A DNA stretch of 57,694 nt from Chthoniobacteraceae bacterium (GCA_037190965.1 JBBCKI010000059.1:1-57694), one strand, 5' to 3'; positions 39,644 through 49,741 are shown, counted from the stretch's first letter. Notes: generated by a model not told the origin, from the letters alone. Numbers and translations: made by a program.

Positions 39644-41050
39644 ATGAATCATTCCACTCAAAATAAAGACAGAGCCGCCAATATCTCAATGGTAAACCGC
39701 GCCTGCCAGCGTGGTGCTTTGGCGGCTTTCGCCGTTATTCTCTTGAGCGCCGCAACCTCGTATGGAGCCGCTGCCACCTGGAAGGGGCTGAATGGATTGG
39801 GGGGCGATGGCACGTGGGTGAACAGCAACTTTGATCCGACGGGCACCCCCGGATCCACGACGGATGTTTTCTTTACCATCAGCGATACCTACACCGCCCC
39901 AACGGCACAGGTGACCATCAGCGGTACAACCCCGAAAGCGAGGTCGATTGTCGTGACGAATGGGAAAAGAGTGGTTTTGAGCCTGAGCAGCGGAGCAATG
40001 CTTACGGTCGGCACCGGTGTCATCGGAGTAGGTGCAAACACACCGGCGCCTCCGGCTCTGCCTCCTGCTGCCAGTTCGCCAAGCTTGACCATCGAAGGCC
40101 CCGCATCGGGCTCTGCGACGCTCAATGCAGCCCGGCTTTTCTCTGCAAATAACACCTCAAACGTAGGCACATCTCATCAAAATGAGCTGATTCTCTCCGG
40201 CAGCAATCTGACGGTAAATCTCAATGGTGGCTTTAACAATTTCAATGGGCGCAGCTCGGTCACCTTTAATAACGGAGTTACGGTCAACACAACTTCGCCG
40301 GACGTCAATGCGCCCAAGAACGGTGCTGGCGCATTCTATGCCCGCGCGGGCAAGGTTGGGTCAGTTTACGATAACTACATTGCCATTATCAATGGCAGCA
40401 GCCTGGCCGCAGGCTATATCGAGATCGGAGGTCTCCTACAACTCGGGCACGGTGCAGTGTTGAAAACATCCGCCACTGCCACGGCCACAAGTCTGAAGAC
40501 CGAAATCTTGAGCGGGGGGCGATTTGAATTGGAAGGAAGTGGTCTGGGTGCCGATACGGTGACAAACGTTGCAATAAACGGAACCTTGGCGGTGGGGTTA
40601 TCCAATCCGGTAACCGGTGTCCGGACGGCAGCCGGTTCGCTTACGTTGAACTCCCAAGTTAAACTTCAGGAGGGGAGCTTCCTGGAACTCGGCATCTTCG
40701 GCCCCGGGGCGAATGGGGCCGATAAGATCACTCTTGGTGAGACCGGGTGGATCGAAAATTTCGGGAAAGGCGCATTGCTTGTCCTGACCCTGCAGGGCGG
40801 CTTTACTCCCGAAGCCGGCCAATCTTATACGCTCTTCGACATTGATCCTCTCAATGCTCAAGGCATTGTCGGTAATTTTGACCTAAGCGGAATCGACACA
40901 ACGATTTGGGATCTCTCCAATTTCAATGAAGCTGGAGGCTGGGCGGTCACTTCGATCCCTGAGCCCGGAACGAACGCGCTCCTTGGCATCTTGGCCATAG
41001 CGGGATGTTGCTGGAAGTTGACCTGCCGGAACTCAAAAGCACGTTGCTAA
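39644..41050 (+). CDS. PEP-CTERM sorting domain surface protein
   Basis: Signal peptide; G/T/S/N-rich body; C-terminal IPEPGTNALLGILAIAG followed by basic residues. Confidence 0.88.
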   Translation: MNHSTQNKDRAANISMVNRACQRGALAAFAVILLSAATSYGAAATWKGLNGLGGDGTWVNSNFDPTGTPGSTTDVFFTISDTYTAPTAQVTISGTTPKARSIVVTNGKRVVLSLSSGAMLTVGTGVIGVGANTPAPPALPPAASSPSLTIEGPASGSATLNAARLFSANNTSNVGTSHQNELILSGSNLTVNLNGGFNNFNGRSSVTFNNGVTVNTTSPDVNAPKNGAGAFYARAGKVGSVYDNYIAIINGSSLAAGYIEIGGLLQLGHGAVLKTSATATATSLKTEILSGGRFELEGSGLGADTVTNVAINGTLAVGLSNPVTGVRTAAGSLTLNSQVKLQEGSFLELGIFGPGANGADKITLGETGWIENFGKGALLVLTLQGGFTPEAGQSYTLFDIDPLNAQGIVGNFDLSGIDTTIWDLSNFNEAGGWAVTSIPEPGTNALLGILAIAGCCWKLTCRNSKARC

Positions 41051-41063
41051 AGGATTTGCCATT

Positions 41064-43088
41064 TTGAAGTCGAAATCTTTCTCATCCATCGGCAAGCGTG
41101 TTTCCATCGCTGGAAGCGGCATCTTGTGCCTCTTTGCACTGAGTGCCTGCAATCCTCCCTCTGCCCGAAAGGCAGCTCCCGCAAAGGCGATTTCGCTCGT
41201 GCGGGATGGCAAGGCGGTCAGCGTCATCGTGCTGGCGCCGGATGCCGATGCACCGCTTCGCGAGGCGGCTCAGTACTTTGCCGGGATCGTTGAAAAATCG
41301 ACCGGTGCAAAGATCCCATTAGTGTCACAGGATGAGGAAACCGCTCTGCCCGGTGAAACTGCCCGTATTTTTATCGGGCCATCGCCCCGCGCCGCCGCCG
41401 CAGGATTGGATGCAGGGGCTTTGCCGGCGGAAACCTACCAGATTCTGACCCGCGAAAACGCGGTCTTCTTCATTGGCGACCAAAGCAAATTTGTAGAAAT
41501 CCCCGCCAATCGCGAAGTTCTTTCACGCCCGACCCGGTGGGCACTCAATCATGTGCTGGAGAAACAGCTCGGCGTGCGGTGGCTTTGGCCGGGAGATCTC
41601 GGGACTTTCGTGCCACGGCGCAAAGATCTCTCCATCCCGCCGACCGATCTTACCTATCAGCCCAAGCTGGAGCAGCGTACGCTTCGATTGCTTTTGAGCA
41701 GGAAGAACCGGCTCGCTTCAACGAACGCCGTTCTCGACAAAAAGCTGAGGCAGGAAGCGATCGCCTGGGCGGAGAATCACCAGAATGGAGGCCGGGGAGA
41801 TGTTCGCTTCGGCCACAACTTTGGGGATTGGTGGAGCAAGTATTCCAAGGACCACCCCGACTATTTTGCCGAGCTCCCCCCACACCTGACGCAACCGTAT
41901 CCAAAACCAGGAGCTGTAAAGCTGAGGCTTTCGAATCCTGCCGTGATCGAGCAGATCGCGCAGGAATACGAAGCAGCGGGGAAACCGCTCTACTGGAACG
42001 TCTGTCCGAACGATGGCAGCGGCTTTGATATCAGCGAAGCAACCCGGGCGTGGGATGTGCCGCAGAATCAATCGATCGAAGATATCGTTTCTGCTCGTGG
42101 AAATCTTACCGCACGGTACGTAAAATTCTGGAATTTGCTCTACGAGCGGCTCAAGCAGCTCAACCCGGATGTCACGCTGATCACCTACGCCTATTCTTCG
42201 TACAAGAGCGCCCCTTCGCCGGATCGGCCACTGACGGCGAAGGCGGTGTTGCAGATTGTCGATGGGGTCGAGGCCTACAAAGCCTGGGAAGGGTGGTCAT
42301 CTCAAGGGGCCGAGCTTTTCCTTCGGCCCAACTGGTGGCACCAGGGCGCGGATGCTCCCTATCTCACCCTCGAAAAAACCGCCAAGTTCATCAAGTTCGC
42401 CTGGCAGAACAGGATGCGCGGCCTTGACATGGATTCCGTGCTCGGGTACTGGGCCACCCAGGGGCCCAATTACTATCTCGTTGCCAGGTTGATGACCCAG
42501 CCGGAGTTGACGAAAGAGGAGATTGTCGAGGAATACACGTCGGCCTTCGGCTCCGGTGCTCCCAAGATTCACGAATACCTGGCGTATTGGGAAAAGCTCG
42601 CCGGAGAGTACAACTACGCGATCAACGCGGCAGGGAACGATGTGCAGGCGAAGAGCAAATGGCAAGAGTTGGTCCAGGCCAAAAAGATCTCGGGGAGTAT
42701 TCTCAATGGGAGCAAGTATGCGCTTCCCTACCTCTATACCGATGAGGTCCTTGCGCCAGGGCTCGCCCTACTGGACGAAGCCGACGCGCTGATTGGAGCC
42801 AGGGACGAGGAAGCCTCGCAGCGGGTTGCTTTCTTACGCAAGGGGCTTGAATCGCTACGCGCCACCCGCGATCAGGTCATCTTGGGGCAGGAACTCAAGA
42901 AGCACCCGACCAAGGAGCGCTTGGCGGCGTTTGAGGAAGGCGATCGCAAGCTAACCGCAGTGCGGGAAGCATTTGCAATCGATCACGTCATCTGGGGAGA
43001 ATCGGCGAAGATCTATGAGGGCCGATATCATATTCTCCTGCGGCCGTCGGCTCTGGAGTTTAACAACATCAATCTCGATGGGATGTAA
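41064..43088 (+). CDS. DUF4838-like lipoprotein (putative glycoside hydrolase-related)
   Basis: Lipobox LSAC; LGVRWLWPG, HPDYFA, LSNPAV, PNDG, YAYSSY, NYYLVARL. Confidence 0.72.
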   Translation: MKSKSFSSIGKRVSIAGSGILCLFALSACNPPSARKAAPAKAISLVRDGKAVSVIVLAPDADAPLREAAQYFAGIVEKSTGAKIPLVSQDEETALPGETARIFIGPSPRAAAAGLDAGALPAETYQILTRENAVFFIGDQSKFVEIPANREVLSRPTRWALNHVLEKQLGVRWLWPGDLGTFVPRRKDLSIPPTDLTYQPKLEQRTLRLLLSRKNRLASTNAVLDKKLRQEAIAWAENHQNGGRGDVRFGHNFGDWWSKYSKDHPDYFAELPPHLTQPYPKPGAVKLRLSNPAVIEQIAQEYEAAGKPLYWNVCPNDGSGFDISEATRAWDVPQNQSIEDIVSARGNLTARYVKFWNLLYERLKQLNPDVTLITYAYSSYKSAPSPDRPLTAKAVLQIVDGVEAYKAWEGWSSQGAELFLRPNWWHQGADAPYLTLEKTAKFIKFAWQNRMRGLDMDSVLGYWATQGPNYYLVARLMTQPELTKEEIVEEYTSAFGSGAPKIHEYLAYWEKLAGEYNYAINAAGNDVQAKSKWQELVQAKKISGSILNGSKYALPYLYTDEVLAPGLALLDEADALIGARDEEASQRVAFLRKGLESLRATRDQVILGQELKKHPTKERLAAFEEGDRKLTAVREAFAIDHVIWGESAKIYEGRYHILLRPSALEFNNINLDGM

Positions 43089-43095
43089 TAGAAGG

Positions 43096-43824
43096 ATGAA
43101 ACACTTGTTGCTGGGGCTTTCACTGTTCTCGCTGTGGGCGGCATCGGCATGCGCCTCAGTGGTTTTCGACGAAGATTTTGAGGATTCCTCCATTTACGTT
43201 GAAGGCCGGCCGCTCCCTGCCGATAAAGGGGTGATTCACCACGGGCAGTGGAACAGTTTAAGCAAAAGCATCCAGCCGGGCGTCGTGACTCACTTGGAAG
43301 GAAACTCGTTCCTGGAGTTGCGTGCTGCAGCAAACCACCGTCTTGGGGCACGGGCGATCGGGCTGTTTGGATACTCCAACGCCGAACCTAGCCTCATCGC
43401 CGACGCTCTCCAGTTCCGGCTCTCCTTCAAGATCAGCGCACCTCTCAACGATACGCTGCATATTCAGCTCGGCGGTGGAGACGGCAAGTCCAAGGCCACG
43501 GTGGGCATGGATAACGATGGCCGTTTGACCGTCAGCTTCGGCGGGGAACGGGAGATCGTCGACGCGACAATCGAGCCGCATACTTGGTATGTGCTCGAAT
43601 TCCTGATGCCGGAGAAACCGAAGACGAAGAGCGTCTTTACCTTCAATCTCTACGAAGCGGACGGCAAGACGCTCATCAGTTCAAAAAGAGGCCTCATTTC
43701 CCGCAGTATCGAAGAAGGCGGCGCCAATTATTCCTACTTCGACATTCAGCACAAGGTGTTCGGCGAGGCCCTTTATATTGACAATATCAAAGCGGTCATC
43801 AATCCCGAGGCTTTGCAGGATTGA
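43096..43824 (+). CDS. Secreted hypothetical protein (possible beta-sandwich/lectin-like)
   Basis: Signal peptide MKHLLLGLSLFSLWAASACA; FDEDFE...LYIDNIK ends. Confidence 0.7.
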   Translation: MKHLLLGLSLFSLWAASACASVVFDEDFEDSSIYVEGRPLPADKGVIHHGQWNSLSKSIQPGVVTHLEGNSFLELRAAANHRLGARAIGLFGYSNAEPSLIADALQFRLSFKISAPLNDTLHIQLGGGDGKSKATVGMDNDGRLTVSFGGEREIVDATIEPHTWYVLEFLMPEKPKTKSVFTFNLYEADGKTLISSKRGLISRSIEEGGANYSYFDIQHKVFGEALYIDNIKAVINPEALQD

Positions 43825-43835
43825 ATCCGATATCC

Positions 43836-44084
43836 ATGAAAAAATTGGAAAGACTGATTGCCCGATTGCAGGTGGCGGTGGACGCCGAAATGGCGGCCGT
43901 GAAAGCTCTTTTTCCGAAGACCATGCCCACTGGGGGGCGGAAAACAAAGCAAGTGGAAAGAGAGGCCGATGACTACATCCGTTTGCTCAATTTTGCCCCG
44001 GAGCGCCTTACCAATAAAACCCTAAGAGCCAATCCAGACGGGTTTCAGATTCCGTTGCGGCAAGCGTGGAGTTCTGCTCCGTAG
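43836..44084 (+). CDS. Small hypothetical protein, possibly truncated by the adjacent repeat
   Basis: ATG ORF co-oriented with the operon; its 3' end runs into REPIN remnant 5. Confidence 0.35.
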   Translation: MKKLERLIARLQVAVDAEMAAVKALFPKTMPTGGRKTKQVEREADDYIRLLNFAPERLTNKTLRANPDGFQIPLRQAWSSAP

Positions 44085-44191
44085 CTTCACGAGGACCTCA
44101 GAAGGGCCGGGCACTTTCAGCGCGTCCTGCGGGGAGGATTCGAAACGCGACTCGTAAACCTATCCCGCGCTCGCGGCGCGAGCGGTCTACC
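44075..44191 (+). repeat. Degenerate REPIN-like element copy 5
   Basis: Intact REP 44164-44191; spacer motifs gctccgtagcttcac, gtcctgcgggg, aaacgcgactc; left arm decayed. Confidence 0.7.
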
Positions 44192-44233
44192 TCACCGCTC
44201 CTCCAAATCAATCAGCAAACTGATTAACACTCC

Positions 44234-46276
44234 CTAAACGGCTCCTGCCGTCGAAAAAGACTCGACCGCTGAGTGAAGCGCTTCGAAGCTTACCGGTTTG
44301 ATCAAATGCTGTTCGAACCCTGCGGCCCGGCTTTCGCGCAGGTCATCGTCGGCTCCGTAGCCGCTGATGGCGATTCCATGGAGACCGTAAAGCCGTTTGA
44401 CCTGCCGCATGATGTCGAGTCCGCTGCCGTCCGGCAGGCCCAGATCGCTGATGAGAAGATCGAACTTTTCTTTGCTTGCCAGTCTCAACGCTACCTGGAG
44501 GCAATCGGCAGGTGTCACCTGATGTCCCCACTTCCGCAGGAGTCGGGACATGATCTGTAAGGTGTCGCGATGATCGTCTACCAGAAGAATTCTGAGTGAA
44601 TGCTCTTCTCTCGGGGCGGGGACGACGAGCGGGGAAGGGGGCAGCTCGGGTCTGACCGCAATGGCGTTCAATTCGACGGTAAAAGTCGCCCCCTTGTTTC
44701 TGCCTTCACTGAATGCCGTAAGGGTGCCCTGATGCAGATCGACCATCGCCTTTGCGATCGTCAGCCCCAAGCCGAGACCGCCGAAGCGCCGGTTTTTGGT
44801 CTTTTCGCCCTGTTCAAAAGCATTGAAAACCCGGGGAAGCACCTCGGGATCAATCCCTGCCCCGGTGTCGATAATCTCGATCTTCAGATGCCCGGCTGCA
44901 GAAGTGGTGCGGAGGGTGATCTTGCCTCCCTGGGGAGTAAACTTAATGGCATTCTGAAGAAGGTTCCAAAATACCTGGCGCAGGCGTGTCCGGTCGCCTT
45001 CGACGAAAAACTCGCTCGCCTGCAGCTCCAGAACGATTTCAAGGTGTTTGGCCGTGATCTCCCTCTGGCGCATTTTCAGGATGCTCAAGAGGCATTCGTG
45101 GGCATCCACCGTCTCGAGTTGAAGTTGGAGTTTCCCATAGTTGATTCTCGTCACATCCAACAAGTCGTCGATCAATGCCACTTCGATTTCCACGTTGCGG
45201 CGGATTAGCTTCATATCCCCCTGCAACTCCGGGTCTCCCTGCGCTTCCAGAGCCGTGACGGCTGCCAGAACGGGCGTCAGCGGAGTTCGCAATTCATGGC
45301 TAAGCATCGCCAAAAATTGATCCTTTGCCCGGTTGGAGGCTTCCGCGATTTCCTTTGCCTGCTTGAGCGCCTCGCTTCGTTTTTGTTCGGTGATATCGAT
45401 GATGAAGGCGACGCCGTCCCAATCCTTGTGATTCACCAGTACCGATGAGAGCAGAATGGGCACCCGTGAGCCATCTTTACGGATGTAGATCTTTTCGTAG
45501 GGGGTATTCTGGCCGCTCGCCCGCAGTTCTGCAATGACCTGAAGATCACGCTCGTGAAATTCCGAGGGCGTCAGTCGAGTCCAGAAAATGCGGCCGGCCC
45601 GAAGGTCCTCTCGGTCATACCCGATCATCTCCAGAAAGTAATCATTTGCCTCCACAATAGCGCCATTCATCTTCCAGTGAATGACGCCGATCGGGCTCGC
45701 ATCGATGACGCGGCGCAAATACTCACGGCTTGCATTCAATGCCTCGTTCGTCTGCTCGCGCTCGGCGGTCAGGACCAGGATTTTCAAGTCGCTTTGGATG
45801 ATCTGTCCAAACTCCCAAACGAGATCCTGATATCGGAGTACGTCGGGGTTTTCCCGCCGGTCCAGCACGCAGATCGTGCCGAACAGTTCGCCATCGGGCC
45901 ACAGTAAGGGAAGTCCGAGATAACAGACCATGCCCTGCTCCAGTTCAGGACTGTTCGTCCAAAGTGGGTCTTCCCGCGCATCAGGTATCAGCAAGGGTTT
46001 TCGTTCGGCCATGACCGTCTCGCAGTAGAGGCCGGTATCAAGATCGTAGCGTCCCCCTTTGTTGTAAGGATTATCTTCGGAAACGTTGGATGCGACGATC
46101 TCGATCTGAGGCTCATCGATCTGTACAATAAGCGCGGAGGGAACCCCAATCGTCCTGGCCGTCAGGTTCATGATTCCCTGCCACTTTTCGAGCATCTCGT
46201 CAGGCAGGCATGGTTTTTCCTTTGGATCCTTTAGATCCAACACTCTTCTCCCGACTTTTTCGTTACCTCTCCCCAT
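44234..46276 (-). CDS. Hybrid sensor histidine kinase (GAF-PAS-HisKA-HATPase-REC)
   Basis: GTICVLD, EANDYFLEMIGY, LSHELRTPL, NAIKFT, GGLGLGL, LLVDDH...LIKP. Confidence 0.93.
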   Translation of the reverse strand: MGRGNEKVGRRVLDLKDPKEKPCLPDEMLEKWQGIMNLTARTIGVPSALIVQIDEPQIEIVASNVSEDNPYNKGGRYDLDTGLYCETVMAERKPLLIPDAREDPLWTNSPELEQGMVCYLGLPLLWPDGELFGTICVLDRRENPDVLRYQDLVWEFGQIIQSDLKILVLTAEREQTNEALNASREYLRRVIDASPIGVIHWKMNGAIVEANDYFLEMIGYDREDLRAGRIFWTRLTPSEFHERDLQVIAELRASGQNTPYEKIYIRKDGSRVPILLSSVLVNHKDWDGVAFIIDITEQKRSEALKQAKEIAEASNRAKDQFLAMLSHELRTPLTPVLAAVTALEAQGDPELQGDMKLIRRNVEIEVALIDDLLDVTRINYGKLQLQLETVDAHECLLSILKMRQREITAKHLEIVLELQASEFFVEGDRTRLRQVFWNLLQNAIKFTPQGGKITLRTTSAAGHLKIEIIDTGAGIDPEVLPRVFNAFEQGEKTKNRRFGGLGLGLTIAKAMVDLHQGTLTAFSEGRNKGATFTVELNAIAVRPELPPSPLVVPAPREEHSLRILLVDDHRDTLQIMSRLLRKWGHQVTPADCLQVALRLASKEKFDLLISDLGLPDGSGLDIMRQVKRLYGLHGIAISGYGADDDLRESRAAGFEQHLIKPVSFEALHSAVESFSTAGAV

Positions 46277-46419
46277 TGGCGGGCTAAAGTTAGAAGGAAA
46301 GCTAGTTCAAGAGGAAGCCAAAGCAAGGTGCAAATCGCCGTCTCAATCTAGCGCTCACTCAATGTGCCCCTCCTTCCCGCTCAAAACTCCGGAAGGCTGG
46401 CCTCCTTTTTTGAAGATTC

Positions 46420-46588
46420 TAGAGCCTTTCAAATAAAGATGTAGCCGTTGATTTTGCGAGCGCCGAGGGTTGATGCGCGGTTCTTCTGGCGAAGCGGCTG
46501 TATTTTCAATACTGCCCGAGCTTGAAGGACCGTGCAACGGCCCTCGCCGCCGCAAAGCAGCAGCTATAGAATTATTTGAAAGGCTCTA
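46420..46588. mobile_element. MITE-like element with perfect 17-bp terminal inverted repeats (including terminal TA)
   Basis: TAGAGCCTTTCAAATAA (46420-46436) and TTATTTGAAAGGCTCTA (46572-46588); imperfect pairing continues through the interior. Confidence 0.8.
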
Positions 46589-47152
46589 ACTTAACACTAA
46601 TTGCCGCTCCGCGCCAGTCAGCTCCCGCCATTTCCCCGGCATAAGGCTGCCAAGTTCAAACCGGCCGATCTGCACGCGCATCAACCTTAGCGTCGGGTGC
46701 CCTACGGCGGCGGTCATCTTGCGAACCTGCCGATTTTTCCCCTCGGTCAATTCCAGTTCGACCCAGCAATCGGCCACGTTTTTGCGATAACGGATCGGCG
46801 GATCACGCGGGGGGACATCCTCCGGTTGCGGATCGAGCATCCGCGCTTTGCAAGGCAACGTTTTGCGCCCCGCGATGATGACGCCGCGCTCCAGTTGGGC
46901 GAGAGCATCGGGGGCGGGGATACGCTCCACCTGCGCCCAATAAATCCGCTCATGCCCGTGCCGGGGATGGAGCAGCTTGGCATTGAGCGCGGCTTCGTCG
47001 CTCAAGAGCAGCAACCCTTCGCTGTCGGCGTCAAGCCGCCCGATGGGATAGACCCCGGGCGGAAAGCCAAATTCCGCCAGCGGGCGGTTTGGGGAGCCGT
47101 CGGGGGTGAATTGAGAAAGGACGCCGTATGGCTTGTTGAAAGCAAGGAGCAT
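46586..47152 (-). CDS. rluE: rRNA pseudouridine synthase, RluE-like
   Basis: FNKPYGVLSQF, GRLDADSEGLLLL, EGKNRQVRKMTAAVGHPTLRL. Confidence 0.85.
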   Translation of the reverse strand: MLLAFNKPYGVLSQFTPDGSPNRPLAEFGFPPGVYPIGRLDADSEGLLLLSDEAALNAKLLHPRHGHERIYWAQVERIPAPDALAQLERGVIIAGRKTLPCKARMLDPQPEDVPPRDPPIRYRKNVADCWVELELTEGKNRQVRKMTAAVGHPTLRLMRVQIGRFELGSLMPGKWRELTGAERQLVLS

Positions 47153-47187
47153 GGAGAGAGGGCAGGGAAGAAGCGCCAAGGCGGGGC

Positions 47188-48480
47188 TCAGGCCGCGGTG
47201 GCCGATTCTGTCAGAAACGCCGAGAGCTTATGCCGGAGCTGCGGAGGGATGTGCGCGCGCACAATGGCAAACTCCTCCTCGTAACGAATCTCCAGAACAT
47301 GGCCCACCCGGTGGATCTCCGCGACGGTCGCGGTATCCGCCAGCGGGATCCGGTAGACGCCCCGGAGCCGCCACGCTGCGAGCTGGTTTTCAAGCTCCTC
47401 GATCATCTCGGGGATCCCTTCGCCGGTCTTTGCGGAGATGGCGACGCTGTGCGGGATTCGGGCGAGTTGCATCGCCACCACGTCGGAATCGCCCACCAGG
47501 TCGGTCTTGTTGAACACCGTGAAGGTCTGTTTGCCGTGCGCGTCGAGTTCCTTCAGGACGCTCTCCACCGCCGCCATCTGGTCGAGAAAGTGAGGGTGGC
47601 TGATATCGACAATGTGGATGAGAAGATCCGCCTCGTGGACCTCCTCCAGCGTCGCCTTGAAGGCCTCGATAAGCGTGTGCGGCAGCTTGCGGATGAACCC
47701 GACGGTGTCGGTAAGCAGCATCTTCTGCTTGTTCGGGAGAACGAACTGGCGCGTCGTCGGGTCGAGCGTGGCAAAGAGTTGATCCGCCGCGACCACGTCC
47801 GCGCCGGTCATCCGGTTGAGGAATGTCGATTTACCCGCGTTGGTGTACCCGACCACGGCGGCCACCGGCCAATGATGACGGCGGCGGCCCTCGCGTTGGA
47901 TGCCGCGATGCTTGCGTACTTCCTCGAGTTCGCGTTCCAGCTTGGCGATCCGCTCCTGAACCCGGCGGCGATCGACTTCCAACTGCGTTTCCCCCGGCCC
48001 GCGCGTCCCGATTCCGCCGGTCTGGCGGGAAAGGTGATCCCACATGCGCGTCAGGCGCGGCAGGAGGTATTGAAGCTGGGCCAGTTCGATCTGTAAACGC
48101 CCCTCGCGACTCCGGGCGCGATGGGCGAAGATATCGAGAATCAACTGCGTCCTGTCGAGAACCTTGCGCTCGGTAAGCTGCTCCAGGTTACGGCTTTGGG
48201 CGGGAGAAAGCTCATCGTCAAAAATAACGGAAGTCAACGCGCCCTCCTGGCAGAGCGAGGCGACGTGTTCGGCCTTCCCCTTGCCGATGTAGTAGGGGGC
48301 CGTGGGCTGGTCCAGATGCTGGGTGACGACACCCGCCACCTCGGCTCCTGCGGATTCCGCCAATTCGGCGAGTTCATCCAGCGACTCGCGCAAATCCCAC
48401 TTGGAGACACCTTCGCGCTCGAGGCCTACGAGGAGCGCTTTTTCGGGGCGGGAACGTGCCGGTACGCGAGTTTGGATCAT
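47188..48480 (-). CDS. hflX: GTPase HflX
   Basis: GPGETQLEVDRR, GYTNAGKST, LFATLDPT, DTVGFI. Confidence 0.97.
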   Translation of the reverse strand: MIQTRVPARSRPEKALLVGLEREGVSKWDLRESLDELAELAESAGAEVAGVVTQHLDQPTAPYYIGKGKAEHVASLCQEGALTSVIFDDELSPAQSRNLEQLTERKVLDRTQLILDIFAHRARSREGRLQIELAQLQYLLPRLTRMWDHLSRQTGGIGTRGPGETQLEVDRRRVQERIAKLERELEEVRKHRGIQREGRRRHHWPVAAVVGYTNAGKSTFLNRMTGADVVAADQLFATLDPTTRQFVLPNKQKMLLTDTVGFIRKLPHTLIEAFKATLEEVHEADLLIHIVDISHPHFLDQMAAVESVLKELDAHGKQTFTVFNKTDLVGDSDVVAMQLARIPHSVAISAKTGEGIPEMIEELENQLAAWRLRGVYRIPLADTATVAEIHRVGHVLEIRYEEEFAIVRAHIPPQLRHKLSAFLTESATAA

Positions 48481-49472
48481 TGGCTTTGCCGAAAAATCGA
48501 GACGATCTCAGCGACGACGGCGGTCGTCGTGCGGTCCGGAATGGAAACATCCGGAGAACCAGTGGAATTCTCTGAATTAGGTAATCTCAAAAGATTGAGA
48601 GGACTCAAGGAGACTGGAGTTAAGATAGTTTCCCGACGAAACCACGTCAACTGTCGTTTTGCGTACCGTCGCGTGGCCTGCCGGATGGCGGCGATGCACT
48701 CTTCCTCGCTGCATTCCCCCCGCAGCAATGCCCCGATCTCCCGCCAGCCGATGACCTGCTCCGCCGTCGGACCGATTGCCATGACCGCGCGCACTTCTTC
48801 CACCACGCCTTGCTCGAACATCGCGGTGGTGCGACGATCGATCCGCTCGTAAAGCTCGTCGCGATCGCGCTCCAGGAGGACTCCCGCGCAAGGCGGCGGC
48901 ATCTGCGGCGTTCCTTCCCATTCCTGGCGGAAACTGGAGAACGGTTTCCCAGTCAGCAGACAAACCTCCACGGCGCGGATCACGCGGCGCGGGTTTTGCC
49001 GGTCGATGACGACGGCGGCGACGGGATCGAGGCGGTCCAGCCGTTCGAGAAGTTGCTCAAGCGGCGTTGCGGCGAGTTCCGCCCGCAAGGTTTCATCAGC
49101 AGGAGGAATGTCGGCCAGACCGCGCGTCAAAGCCCGCAGGTAAAGGCCCGTGCCTCCTACAATCACCGGCGTCTTCTCCCGGCCCTTGATTTCCGCAATA
49201 GCCGCAAGGGCCGCCTCCAGGTAGCGGGCGACATTGAAAGATTCGCCGAGAGGGACGCACCCCACCAGATAGTGCGGCACGCGGGCCAGTTCCTCCGGGG
49301 AGGGCTTCGCGCTTAGGAGATCGAGCCCCTCATAGACCTGGAACGCGTCCGCGCCCACAATCTCCCCATCGCACGCCTCGGCCACCGCGAGGGCGATCTC
49401 CGTTTTGCCAACGGCAGTCGGGCCCGCGATAAAGAGCGAACCGCGAAGAAGTGCCGCCCGATCCCCGGTCAC
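48477..49472 (-). CDS. miaA: tRNA dimethylallyltransferase
   Basis: GPTAVGKT, DAFQVY, VGGTGLY, YAKRQLTW. Confidence 0.95.
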   Translation of the reverse strand: MTGDRAALLRGSLFIAGPTAVGKTEIALAVAEACDGEIVGADAFQVYEGLDLLSAKPSPEELARVPHYLVGCVPLGESFNVARYLEAALAAIAEIKGREKTPVIVGGTGLYLRALTRGLADIPPADETLRAELAATPLEQLLERLDRLDPVAAVVIDRQNPRRVIRAVEVCLLTGKPFSSFRQEWEGTPQMPPPCAGVLLERDRDELYERIDRRTTAMFEQGVVEEVRAVMAIGPTAEQVIGWREIGALLRGECSEEECIAAIRQATRRYAKRQLTWFRRETILTPVSLSPLNLLRLPNSENSTGSPDVSIPDRTTTAVVAEIVSIFRQSQ

Positions 49473-49477
49473 GGCAG

Positions 49478-49741
49478 TTACTTGGTGCGGTTGGCCGCCA
49501 CGTAGGCGTGGATGGAGTTTACCGTCGCCAGGGCGGTGCGCGCCACGTCGGAGTTGGGCACCGTCACCCCGAAGTTTTTTTCCAGGCAGACGACCAGTTC
49601 CAGCGCGTCAATGGAATCCAAACCGAGCCCTTCCGGTCCAAAGAGCGGAAGATCGTCGGCAATCTCTTCCTTGGGAGTCTTGAGCATCAGGTTTTCAACC
49701 ATGATCGATTTAATGGTTTCTTTAAGGTCGTCGTTGGACAT
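49478..49741 (-). CDS. Acyl carrier protein
   Basis: LFGPEGLGLDSIDALEL phosphopantetheine-attachment motif. Confidence 0.9.
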   Translation of the reverse strand: MSNDDLKETIKSIMVENLMLKTPKEEIADDLPLFGPEGLGLDSIDALELVVCLEKNFGVTVPNSDVARTALATVNSIHAYVAANRTK

